From contig NC_058368.1 of the NCBI RefSeq assembly GCF_018350175.1, positions 131,194,001-131,258,000 on the forward strand: a DNA stretch of 64,000 nt, given 5' to 3'. The notes below the pieces were generated by a model, which saw only the letters and a list, made by a program, of their open reading frames with translations, was not told the origin of the DNA and searched no databases. This document shows, one piece after another, positions 38,424-49,579 of the stretch; position 1 is the stretch's first letter; every line of letters begins with the position of its first letter. The DNA comes from Felis catus (Eukaryota). The position numbers and the translations under genes were made by a program.

Positions 38424-38525
38424 ACAATATTCACAGACCAGCAAAGAGCCAAGAATAGATCATACAGATTTGAAGAATGGTGAGCTAGACTATTGCCTCA
38501 CAGCAATCAAAATTTATTATAAAGA

Positions 38526-38735
38526 GTGGCACCTGAGTGGCTCAGTGGGTTAAGCGTCCAACTTCGGCTCAGGTCATGATCTCACAGTTTGTGGGTTCAA
38601 GCTCCGCATCGGGCTCTGTGCTGACAGCTCGGAGCCTAGAGCCTGTTTCAGATTCTGTGTCTCCCTCTCTCTCTGCCCCTCTCCCACTCACACTGCATCT
38701 CTCTCTCAAAAATAAATAAACATTAACAATTTGTT
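38526..38735 (+). mobile_element. Can-SINE
   Basis: Full structure; approximate TSD TTATTATAAA. Confidence 0.93.
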
Positions 38736-38833
38736 TAATTATTATAAAAAATAGTGATTTTAGAAGAATGGTATCAGTACAGAAATAAAGAAGTTAATAA
38801 AACTAACAAATAATTAATAAAACATTATATGAA

Positions 38834-39022
38834 GGGGAACCTGGGTCACTCAGTTGGTTAAGAGGTGACTCTTGATTTCAGCTCAGGTCATGATCTCAGG
38901 GTTGGTGAGTTTGAACCCCAAATTGGGTGCCATGCTGGCAGTGCAGAGCCTTCTTGGGATTCTCTCTACCCTTCCACCACTCATGTACTGTCTCTCTCTC
39001 AAAATGAATAAATCAACTTAAA
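38834..39022 (+). mobile_element. Older Can-SINE
   Basis: Full structure. Confidence 0.9.
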
Positions 39023-39053
39023 AAAAAATTACATGGAAACGAGGTGTTTAAAT

Positions 39054-39253
39054 TTTTTTGTAATATTTATTTTTGAAAGAGAAAGAAACAGAGCATGAGC
39101 AGGGGAGGAACAGAGAAAGGGAGATACAAAATCCCAAGCAGGTTCCAGGCTCTGAGCTGTCAGCACAGAGCCCAACACAGAGCTCGAAATCAGGGACCGC
39201 GAGATCGTGACCTGAGCCGAAGTCGGACGTTTAACCGACTGAGCCACCCAGGC
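39054..39253 (-). mobile_element. Can-SINE
   Basis: Reverse structure; degenerate TSD AA(C/T)GA(G/T)GT(G/A)TTTAAAT. Confidence 0.93.
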
Positions 39254-39880
39254 TAAATGATGTATTTAAATATTTCAAAGAATTACAAATCAGTAGCAGA
39301 AGAATGTCAATAACAGTGCCGAAACAAAAGGTGACCCAAACATCACCAACTATCATCACCATTACCTCACCCGCACACTAAATGGATTCATAATTGGTGA
39401 AAAGCAAAACTTTAAAAATGTTTAAAGAGCATAAATATTATCTTTTTATTTCAGAATTTGAAACAAGACAGAAAAATCATAAGCACCAAAGAAAAGGAAT
39501 ACTACATTGATCACATTAAAGCTAAAACTTCTACAAATCAAGTCGCAAGAAACAAAATGAAAAGGCAAGTCACTACCTAGTAGAAGAAGTAGAAGTCACT
39601 AACAAATAGAAGATATTTGCACTGCACACAATCAAAAAACAACACAAAACAAATATTATCCAGAAAAAAATTAAATTTTAAAAATAACAAGAAAAAGGAA
39701 ACAACACAATGGAGAAAGTAGACATGAATGGGGAACCAAGAGAAGGGAAAATCTGAACGCAACCTCCCCATGAGTCAGGGAAATGCAGCTTAAAGCCAAG
39801 ATGAGTAAAAAAGAAAAAGGCTGAATATATCAGATGTGGAACAGCAGGGACCCTCACATACTGTTAAAGTACTGATGGGA

Positions 39881-39883
<3 letters not shown>

Positions 39884-39940
<57 letters not shown>

Positions 39941-39974
39941 TTGTATATGTATATATATATACATATATATATAT
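39884..39974. repeat. (TA)n microsatellite
   Basis: About 90 bp TA run, pure in the first half, interrupted afterwards. Confidence 0.97.
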
Positions 39975-40177
39975 TAATGTTTATTTATTTTTGAGAGAGA
40001 GACACACAGAGCACAAGCTAGGAGGGGCAGAGAGAGAGGGAGACACAGAATCCGAAGCAGGCTCCAGGCTCTGAGCTGTCAGCACAGAGTCCCACGCAGG
40101 GCTTGAACTCACAAATCGCGAGATAGTGACCTGAGCTGAAATCAGATGCTTAATCGACTGAGCCGTCCAGGCGCCCC
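39975..40177 (-). mobile_element. Can-SINE whose tail is the (TA)n array
   Basis: TSD GGGAATGT(A/G)TAT at 39877-39888 and 40178-40189. Confidence 0.94.
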
Positions 40178-40407
40178 GGGAATGTGTATTTTTAATATCA
40201 ATTTTGACGGTAATTTGGCCATTTGTGGTAGACTAGAAGAGGTACATCCACAGCTCCTAGAGGTTCAACTCCTAGTAATATATCCTAAAGAAATGCTCAC
40301 ACTTAATGTGAAAACAAATAACCCATGAGCAATCATGCACTTTGCAGCATTATTTGTAATGGTACAAAATTGGACACCACATAAATATCCATCAAGAATA
40401 CACTAGA

Positions 40408-40600
40408 GGGGCACCTGAGTGCCTCAGGGGGAAGTGTCTGACTCCAGTTCAGGTCATGATCTCACAGTTCATGGGTTTAGGCCGTGCGTCAGGCTCTGTG
40501 CTGACAGCTCAGATTCCGTGTTTCCCTCTGCCTCTGCCCCTCCTCACTCATGCTCTCTCTCTCAAAAATAAATTTTAAAACATTTAAAAATTAAAAAAAA
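40408..40600 (+). mobile_element. Can-SINE
   Basis: TSD AAGAATAC at 40394-40401 and 40601-40608. Confidence 0.9.
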
Positions 40601-40616
40601 AAGAATACCCTTTTGG

Positions 40617-41775
40617 GAATGATGGGAATAATGTCATCAACATGGCAAAATAAGAGTTTCCTACCATCTTTTCCCCAACGAACACCAGTTTTTACAGAGG
40701 GTTTTGCACAAGTCCAGGAGTCCAGTGGAAGAAGTCATAGCATATTATTGGAACCAGAAATTTTTTTTCAAATCTGAGATTGGATGCATTGAAGAGGGTA
40801 AAAGAAAGAGTTTCACTTTACCCATGTCACTGCTCCCCGCAATGTTCACTGAGCATAGCTCAGTTGGACAGAAGAGGCCTAGACCACCCATGGGGGAAAG
40901 GCAGAATGTGTGAGTGAGCGCCCATCCTCCCCAGCTGTGTGGGATGCTGCCAAAGAGGCCCTTTTCTCCCTTGCCCATCAGAATGCTAAGTCGTGAACTG
41001 CATGACTGGGGGGCAGTAAGTGGCTGGTAGAAAAGCAGTCAGGAGGCGCCTGGGTAGCTCAGTCCATTAAGTGTCCCACTCTTGATTTCAGCTCAGGTCG
41101 TATCTTGTGGGTTTGTGGGATTGAGCCCCATGTGGAGCTCTGCACGGACTATGTGGAGACTACTTGGGATTCTCTCTCACTGTCTCTCTGCCCCTCCTCT
41201 GCTCATGTGTGTGCACATATGTGCTCTCTCTCTCTCTCTCTCTCTCTCTCAATAAATAAATAAACATTAAAAAAAAGAAGAAAAACTGTCAGGGCTTGGA
41301 ACAATAGTAACAAAGGGACACAGATGCTATGAACCACTTTTCAGACTCCATCGTGAAGCCTACCCACGAGCCCCTGGGGAAACCAGGCTACCGATCCCTG
41401 CAGGGCTGGCCCACGGCCTTTCCCATTACTCTTTGTGCCTCACCTACACAAACCCCAATCCTGTGGTTGGTTCCCTATGCGAGTCCCCAGAGGCATCGAG
41501 AGTGGACCTTTGCAGATAGCTAGCTAGCAAGCAGCAGCAGAAAGCCAGACCAACTCAGCAGAATAGAGAGGGAGCACACAAATCTCTATATATGACACAG
41601 CCCTAGGGAAAGCAAATTGGGAAGCTGTCAGCACCCAGCATGGCCTAGCAGGAATACAATCTTAAGGATTTCCTTTAAGAGGGAGTAAGAAGTATGGAAT
41701 AGGCATATCCATAAGAAAAGACCAGAGGAAGCTTCAGAATCCCTAACAAGGCTGAAAACGGACATTTTCTTTCTT
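40617..41775 (+). mobile_element. L1 5'UTR (L1MA9/L1M2-like) without body
   Basis: YY1-type CAACATGGC near the start; GAAGAGGGTAA...GTTTCACTTTACCC...GTGAGCGCCC...GGGATGCTGCC...GAGGCCC blocks. Confidence 0.65.
41042..41278 (+). mobile_element. Older Can-SINE in the L1 5'UTR
   Basis: Head/CT/tail; degenerate TSD ending GTCAGG. Confidence 0.9.
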
Positions 41776-41989
41776 CTTATTCAGAGAGATGCGGCCAAGT
41801 GACTAAGCGTTGGTTCGTAATATGCTATTGGAAATCGTTGAGTGGGACTTTTATAGATTTAAGTGGGGACAGATAGCTGAGGGCCGTCCCTTTTGTCCCA
41901 TCGTCTTTTCTTTTTGGCATGGGACATCGGGATGTCATGGATATGAGCAAGGCCACAAATCGTACTGTTTACAGGAACGACTTCAAAGT

Positions 41990-42186
41990 TGTCTGGATAG
42001 AGATGGGACAGAAGGTAGGAAGAAGATGGGAAACAGATTTTCCTTCTCAGAGTTCTCAGAAGGACCTAACACCGCTGACGCCTTGATTTCCAACTTCCAG
42101 CCTCCTGACCTGTGAGAGAAGAAATGACTGTTGTTTCAAGTCGCCTGGTTTGTGGCACTTTGTTATTGGCAATCCTAGGAAACTAG
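41990..42186 (+). mobile_element. MLT1B/C-like LTR 3' fragment
   Basis: GAAACAGATTTTCCTTC...GACGCCTTGATTTCCAACTTCCAGCCTCC...TGTGAGAGAA...CCTAGGAAACTA. Confidence 0.8.
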
Positions 42187-42451
42187 GGCCACAGTTAAAC
42201 CTTTATTCCCAATTAATGCAACCGCCAGCATTATGGATTACAGATTTTCTTGTTTGTATTCAAGAAAAATAAGTTTTTTCTAGAAACAAAGATCCTTGGC
42301 GACTTGCTTTGAAAGTTCTTGTCTGTAACTCTGCATGGGACATGCCTCTGTAAACCTTCATTTTAAGGTTTATATAAGAAAAAGAAAATCATTACCTAAT
42401 GCTGATTCTATTGTTCAGCATCATAGAATGTTATTATTAAAAATTATCTTT

Positions 42452-42654
42452 GGGGCGCCTGGTGGCTTAGTCGGTTAAGCATCTGACTTCAGCTCAGGTC
42501 ATGATCTCACGGTTCGTGGGTTCGAGTCCCACAGGGCTCTGTGCTGACATCTCAGAGCCTGGAGCCTGCTTCGGATTTTGTGTCTCCCTCTCTCCCTGAC
42601 CCTTCCCTGTCCTCTCTCTCTCCTCTCAAAAATAAATAAACATTAAAAAATTTA
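42452..42654 (+). mobile_element. Can-SINE
   Basis: TSD AAAATTATCTT. Confidence 0.94.
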
Positions 42655-43299
42655 AAATTATCTTAAAGATTATTTTACCGGTAGCTCAACTAGATGCAAT
42701 TATTTAATACGTGGCCCACTATGCCAGGCACTGTGCAAGGGGTGAACGTAAGGTTTCTGGCTTCAGCCTCAGGTTGGAGAGTGAGACCAGTCACTGAGGT
42801 GAAAAAGAGAAAAGGCAGTTTGGAAAAGAGATAATATATTCCATTTTCAGTGTTCTGAATTTCATTTGCCTGTGAGACAAGTAAGTGAAAATGTCTACAG
42901 GAAAATTGGGCTAGAGATTCTGATTTGGAAATCATACGTTGATAATAAATGATACTTCCCAGGAAACATGCAAGAAGCACCGGGATTGGTGGGTGGGGTC
43001 AGAAAGGGCAGGAAATAACCCTAAGGAACCACTGGCAGGGAAGGAGACATATAAGGCATACTCTCTTCTAAGGAAGAGAGTGCCAGGGAGGACAGAGGAG
43101 AACCAGGAATGGACTGCACCATGGAAATCTGACACAGAGTGTTCCTTAGTACACTAAGAAACTAAGTCCATAGTACAGAATGTTTCCAAAAAGTCACACT
43201 CAATAATGATTGAACTGTGCTTTCTGGATTTTGCAAAAAGATATTGGCTGGCCACCCTGGCAAGAGCAGGTGTAATGGAGCAACTGGGGATATAAATCA

Positions 43300-43450
43300 G
43301 GGGCCCCTGGGTGCCTCAGTCAGTTAGGTATCTGACTCTTGATTTTGGCTCAGGTCACAGTCTCACAGCTCATGAGACTGAGACCCATGTGGGGCCTTGT
43401 GCTGACAGCTCAGAGTTGGCTTGGGATCTCTCTCTTCCCCTGCCCCGTTT

Positions 43451-43492
<42 letters not shown>

Positions 43493-43528
43493 AAAATAAA
43501 TAATAAATAAATTAAAAAAGAAAAGAAA
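43300..43528 (+). mobile_element. Older Can-SINE
   Basis: Head, long (CT)n, A-tail. Confidence 0.9.
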
Positions 43529-43591
43529 AGAAGTCAGCGGGCTGTGGCATGAGGAGTGAGGGGGAGGGAGGATCTAAAATGTAGCAGGCTC

Positions 43592-43691
43592 TGTTTCCGA
43601 TTCTGTGTCTCCCTCTCTCTCTGCCCCTCCCCCGTTCATGCTCTGTCTCTCTCTGTCCCAAAAATAAATAAACGTTGAAAAAAAAAATTTT
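43592..43691 (+). mobile_element. 5'-truncated young felid SINE (100 bp)
   Basis: Perfect TSD AATGTAGCAGGCTC at 43578-43591 and 43692-43705; body matches the 3' half of the copy at 16844. Confidence 0.96.
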
Positions 43692-44003
43692 AATGTAGCA
43701 GGCTCACTTTTAACCAGGAGAAAGAATGGCTAGGTGCTGATTGCAAGAGGCTAGGTAAGTTTGTAGTTTTTTAAGTGGATCTGATGAGCTGATGGTTACA
43801 TTATTGTGTATAGGAAACCAAGTCACCAAGAGGCAATAGGAAATATTCAGCTCTAAAGAGGCACATCCATTATTATTTTGCATTGAAATATTAGTGTTCC
43901 TTTCTGATGTTGAAAGTATTATTTGGACCGATGAGTCAGTCAAGATTATTTATTAAGTACAACAAAGACTTTTCTTTCAAGGAGTTTCAATTCTAAGAAA
44001 GGA

Positions 44004-44219
44004 GGGGCACCTGGGTGGCTCATCTGGTTAAGCGTCCAACTTCAGCTCAGGTCATGATCTCACAGCTGGTGGGGTCAAGCCCCACATTGGGCTCTGTGCT
44101 GACAGCTCAGAGCCTGGAGCCTGCTTCGGATTCTGTGTCTCCCTCTCTCTCTGCCCCTCCCCCACTCACACTCTGTCTCTCTCTGTCTCTCAAAAATGAA
44201 TAAATGTTAAAAAAAAAAA
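44004..44219 (+). mobile_element. Can-SINE
   Basis: TSD TCTAAG(A/T)AAGGAG. Confidence 0.95.
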
Positions 44220-44645
44220 TCTAAGTAAGGAGACAAGGCAAAAATGACCAACATTCAAAAGTGGTAACAACAGGTCCACAAACTTTGTGCAGGGAAGATT
44301 ACAAGATTCTAGACAGCACAGAAAATAAAAAGAATAAAGATTATCAGGTTTCCAGAATGTCTCGTGTGGGTGTCCTACCTGGAATCAAGTAGAAACCGTC
44401 TATAATAATGTAATGGTTGTGAAAAAATGGTGTTTCCTGCCTTCAGAGACTTTTGGGGGCAGTATCCCAAAGTGCCAGCAGGTGGGGATAACATTTCAAA
44501 CAAAGATGATCAGGCTACAGGTGCGTCCTCATCACCAACATATGGGAGTGACACAGTAATAGATTAGCTGGGCAGAGCAGGTGTGCTCCAGAGAAAAGGG
44601 GATCTTCCTCCCTTTCCCAGCAGAATAGGTTTCCTTTCCTTTTTT

Positions 44646-44860
44646 TAAAAAATTTTTAACGTTTATTTATTTTTGAGACAGAGAGAGACAGAGCATGAAC
44701 GGGGGAGGGTCAGAGAGCGAGGGAGACACAGAATCGGAAACAGGCTCCAGGCTCTGAGCAGTCAGCACCGAGCCCGAGGCGGGGCTCGAACTCACGGACC
44801 ATGAGATCATGACCTGAGCCGAAGTCGGACGTTTAACAGACTGAGCCACCCAGGCGCCCC
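44646..44860 (-). mobile_element. Can-SINE
   Basis: TSD TCCTTTCCTTTTTT at 44632-44645 and 44861-44874. Confidence 0.95.
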
Positions 44861-45099
44861 TCCTTTCCTTTTTTAAAACGATATGAGATACAATGATTGT
44901 GTTGAACTGAACAAGTATGAATGTATTTTGGCTTTTTCTCCTCATCCCCAATTTTTGAAAGAGGATTATACTGTTTTTGTAATTAATAATAAATTAATTA
45001 AAAAGAAGCAGAATTGCAATGAGGCAATCCCCCCCCAACCCAATATATATCTCTAGAGATGAATTAAAAAATTAAAAAGCATTTTAAGGTAAATTCTGG

Positions 45100-45590
45100 T
45101 CATACTGGCATCTCTAATCGTGGCATTAAGATGTGTTTACAGACGTATGGCATTTGTCAGATGAATTCGTGAGATGCTTGACTCCTATTTGGCAAACAAA
45201 AACTTTCTCTGTTACAATTACGGGAACACTGAAGACTTATTTGCACACTCAAAGAAGTTTTGTGTTGTGATTTTGCATCAAATTTGGCTGTAGTTTTAAA
45301 AAACTTTTTATTCAATTTGATTTTTGAAAAAAAAAAAAAAAAAACAATGAGAACTTGTTTGGGTGCAGGTTTCCTCCTGGTCTCAGCCCATTGATAGTTG
45401 CTGTCGGCCAGGAATGCCTGGGGCGCTCACCTGGGCCTACTTAAGGCGGCCTTCGGCAGCCATTTTCCTCACTGGAGCCAATGTGGTTCCCTTGAACCAG
45501 CCCTTACGGTTGTTATTACGACTGCAAGATGCACCTCAGGAAGAGCCACCAAGGAACTTTGAAAAAAGACTGATCCTCACAGGTACTGAA
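45100..45590 (+). promoter_or_regulatory. Candidate non-CpG-island promoter and first exon
   Basis: Unique sequence with local GC/CpG rise; TEAD-like GGAATG, AP-2-like GCCTGGGGC, TATA-like TACTTAA, Inr/YY1-like GCCATTTT, donor-like CAG|GTACTG at 45582/45583. Confidence 0.35.
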
Positions 45591-47694
45591 AGATACACAG
45601 CATGCCCAAGGACCACAGAGTGTGATAGAGGGCAGAGGCGCTTTGTTTTTCCTGGGTTATAAGGGTGGGATACCCAGCGTTTTTCAAATTCACTCTTCAT
45701 TGGTGAATTGAAAACCTAAGAGCTGGGATTCGGATGTGAGAAGGGAAAAGCCGGGTCAATAATGTGGTCAGTTTCCTAGGTTCCCCAGGGCTTTCTAAAG
45801 AGAAACTTTATTGGTTGGGGCTGCCTGGTTTCTTATTAGTTTTACAAGTAGCTGTCCCATACAGTTGACAATATATTTATTCCAGATGGATGTTTTTGAA
45901 ATGGATGGATGCCTTGACAATCAAAATCTTAATGTCTGGCATTCATGTTATAGGGTATTTGTTTAAGAGGGATTTGTGTGTGTGTGTCTGTGTGTGTAGT
46001 TTTGCTATTTGTTGCCTTGTCTAAATGGTTCTTAACACAATTTAATGTTAGGCATAGCTACAGTTGGCCTCATAAAAATTTGAAAAGCTGAGGATTATTA
46101 GTATCATTTTTACTGGTTTGTTGTTTGGTTGTATTGGTGGGCGTTTGGGGGCTAGTGGGTTGATTTTTTTTTTTTTTTCTGAAATCAGTCTCTGAGTTTA
46201 CAAGGATACTTTGAGCCAATTTTGTGGAGCATTTTCAGAGAAGAATTTCCAGGGCTACTCTAATTGAATCATAAAAAGGGTCTGGTAAATGATTGCCTCA
46301 AATGATGTTATGTGTGAGAAAGCAACTTACCAGCAGAAGCATCCCAAATACAAACAAGCACAATACTAAGGCTTTTTGTTTAGTGAATATAAAAATGTGC
46401 ACGTAGAATATTACAGGTAAAACTACTTCTACGGATAAAATTTCCACTGTGGAGTGTCCATGTTACAAGAAATAAAGGAGAGGGGGACAAGAATATGTGC
46501 ACTGCAAACTTCTTTAACTAAAACGGGAGCACAGACTAATATCTGGGCCAGCTGTTCGTCAGCTTTGCTTGATCAAACACAGCAATTATGTGGAATTGGG
46601 GCAATGAGACTACTATCAGCCTGCCGGTGGACATTTTATTACATCTAGTTCTTAAAGCGAAATTATTTTACCAAAGCAAACTGGAGTTACAGTGTGGTTT
46701 GATTTTTGCTAATCTAATAAATGATTTTGATCTGTTAGTCTCCCAGGATCTGGGTTCTGAGCTACTGCCTACTTCATAAGTAGCATCCCAGAGATGGAAC
46801 CCATGCCACACAGGGAATAGGATGCTTTCCATTTGAAATCTCTGTGAAAACAGATAGGACCCAAGAAATGCTTTGCAGTTGAATCCTATCAATGGCAAGC
46901 TGAAAACTGTCACCTTCAACTCTGTAATTGTACCGTTTATGTTTCCCTCATCAGCATCTGTCAGTGAATGATTCCTTCCTGAGACTGAGGGGTGAAAAAC
47001 ACATTTCCTGTTAAAAACTCAATTACCCCTGGTATGTGCTATCACCACCACTATGTGTGGTTTCTATTTGTCACTTGAAGAAGGTAATAATTCTCTGGCG
47101 TTTGCACCCCACCATTGAGCTGACATGTTAGCAGTGCCGCACTGTGTAGATGAAGCGATTTACCAAAGAATTCAGGGGAAAGACCTTTTTTGTTTGATTC
47201 CATTGGCTGAATGCTCCTATGGACGTTGAGGTTCTTTCCACAAAACCCATTTTCTAAACCACCTATGTGCTGTATAAATGTGCTTTAAATGTTACATTCT
47301 GTGGAAGCTTAAGATCTCTTGAGGGGAGGGAACAATCAAAGCAGTCTAATTCTATACCATTTGATCGAGGGATTAATTACTTGTATTTAAATTTCCAAAT
47401 AATTGAATGGAAAGGAAAACTTACAGCCATCTAGAAAGAAGTCAGCTGGCAGGAAAATCACAGATGGGAAATTTGCACAGTGTTGAGAGGTTTCAGGAGT
47501 AGAAACAGCTGCACAGCCTTTTTAACAGCAGAGCTGAATAATACCAGAAACGTCTTGTTCTGTACAATGTGAGGTATTATGTCTAACATTTTGAAATCCA
47601 TTCCTTGATTTCAATATTTGTGCAGGGCCACTGGTAGTTCATTAAATAAATAGGGCATTTGAAATACCAACACGAATTTATAAGAGTAATTTCT

Positions 47695-47897
47695 TTTTTT
47701 ATGTTTATTCATTTTGAGCAAAAGCGGGGGGGGGGGGGGGGGGGGAGCAGAGAGGGAGAGAGAGAGAAAACCCAAGCAGGCTCACCACAGTCGGCATAGA
47801 GCCCATAAGGGGGTTCAAACCCACAGACCATGAGACCATGACCTGAGTCAAAATCAAGAGTCTGGACACTCAACCAACTGATTGACCCAGGTGTCGC
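47695..47897 (-). mobile_element. Older Can-SINE containing G20
   Basis: TSD TAA(G/T)AGTAATTTCT at 47681-47694 and 47900-47913. Confidence 0.9.
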
Positions 47898-48017
47898 TGT
47901 AATAGTAATTTCTAATGCTTCTAAATTACTTCTAATTTATCACACTATTATAATCATTATATATTTATATTAGCTTATTTGCATAATACTCATAAGGTAG
48001 TGACTATTGTTACCTCA

Positions 48018-49575
48018 GTTTTTTTTTTTGAAATTGAAGCATAATGTACACACAGAAGAATTCTTTTGGACAAATGCATACAAGGTAGAGAACTATCCTT
48101 CATCCCACAAAGTTTCCTCATACCCCTTTGTAGTAAAGTCCCCTTTCCTGAACCATCCCAGAGACAACCGTTCTTTTGATTTTTATCACCACACTTGAGT
48201 GTTCTAGAATTACATATAAATGAAATCATAAAGTATATGTTCTTTTGTGCCTGGTTTCTTTGGCTCAGATTCATCTTTTCAGATTCATCCATTTTTGTAA
48301 CATAAATCAGTAATAAGCCATCGTGTGAGTATTATACAATTTGTTTACTCACTTTCTTGTTGATGGACATTTCTATTATTTCCAGTTTTGAGCTATTATG
48401 AATAGGCTGCTATCAGTAGTCTTGTACAAATCTTTCTGTGAACATGTGATTCCAATTCTCTTGGACTAGGATTAGAAGTGTTAGGCCATAAGGGTGCCTG
48501 GGTGGCTCAGTCGGTTAAGTGTCCGACTTCGGCTCAGGTCATGATCTCACGGTTTGTGTCTTCAAGCCCCGCATTGGGCTCTGTGCTGGCAGCTCAGACC
48601 TGGAGTCTGCTTCCTTTGGATTCTGTGTCTCCCCCTCTCTCTCTGCCCCTGTCCCACTCAAGCTCTGTCTCTCTGTCTCAAAAATAAATAAACATTATTT
48701 TAAAAAAAGTGTTAGGCCATAGGTTAGGTGCTTGGTTTCATTTTCCAGGAAACTACCAGACATTTTCCCAAAGTGGTTGTATCATTTAACATTCCCACCA
48801 ACAGTGTGTGAGAATTCCAGTTTCGCTTCTTCACCAACATTTTGTGTTATCACACTTTTTAAACTTGTCCATGCTTAAGGGCATGTAGCGGTAGCTCGTT
48901 TTACTTTTAATTAGTATGTCCCTGATGAATAGTGATGCCAAGCATATTTTAATTTTTTACTGACCATTTGCATTATTCCATTGTGAAGTGTTGTGGTTAA
49001 AGTCCTTGGCCTATTTTCAACTAAAGCTGTTTGTATTATTGCTGAATGGTAAGAGTTATCGGAATATTGTGGATAGAAATCCATTATCAGAAATGTGTAA
49101 TGTGTATATTTTCTTTCTGGGTGTGGCTTCACTATTCGTTATTTACTGGAGTATTTTAAGGAGTAGCAGTTTTAAATTTTGATGAGGCCCAATTTGTCAT
49201 TTTATTTTCTTTCAAGGTGGATGTTGGCAGTGTTCTAGATAAGAAAACTTTCTCTGCATCAAGATAATGAAGATAGTCTCTGATGTTTTATTTTAGAAAT
49301 CTTACAGATTTGGCTGTTAGGTTTTGGCTTATGATTCATCTTAACTTATTTTTCTTTTTTTAAGTATAGTATCAAGTAGGTGTTAAAATTTATTTCTTTC
49401 CATATAGAAATTCAGTTCTAGCATCATTTAGGGGAGAAAAAAACCTTTACCCTGTTGCAATTAATTGCTGTAATGCCTTTGTCAAAAGTTAACTGACATT
49501 GTAACAGTGGCATGCGTCTGTTTCAAGATTTTCTCTTCTGTTCTATTGATCTCCATCTATTTTTATTCTACACTG
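48018..49575 (-). mobile_element. L1MB-like 3' end and distal ORF2
   Basis: Poly(T), ATTGAAGCATAAT, TTGATGGACATTT, TTCCCACCAACAGTGTGTGAGAATTCCAGTT. Confidence 0.8.
48491..48706 (+). mobile_element. Can-SINE in L1
   Basis: Perfect TSD AAGTGTTAGGCCATA at 48476-48490 and 48707-48721. Confidence 0.95.
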
Positions 49576-49579
49576 ACAC

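Larger units (their letters stand above)
37380..40400 (+). mobile_element. Ancient L1 (L1ME-like) ORF2/3' relic broken by seven SINEs
   Basis: LLELIREVFKDSGYKINF ORF2-like peptide at about 37480, followed by collinear L1-like blocks up to ATAAATATCCATCAAGA. Confidence 0.7.
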
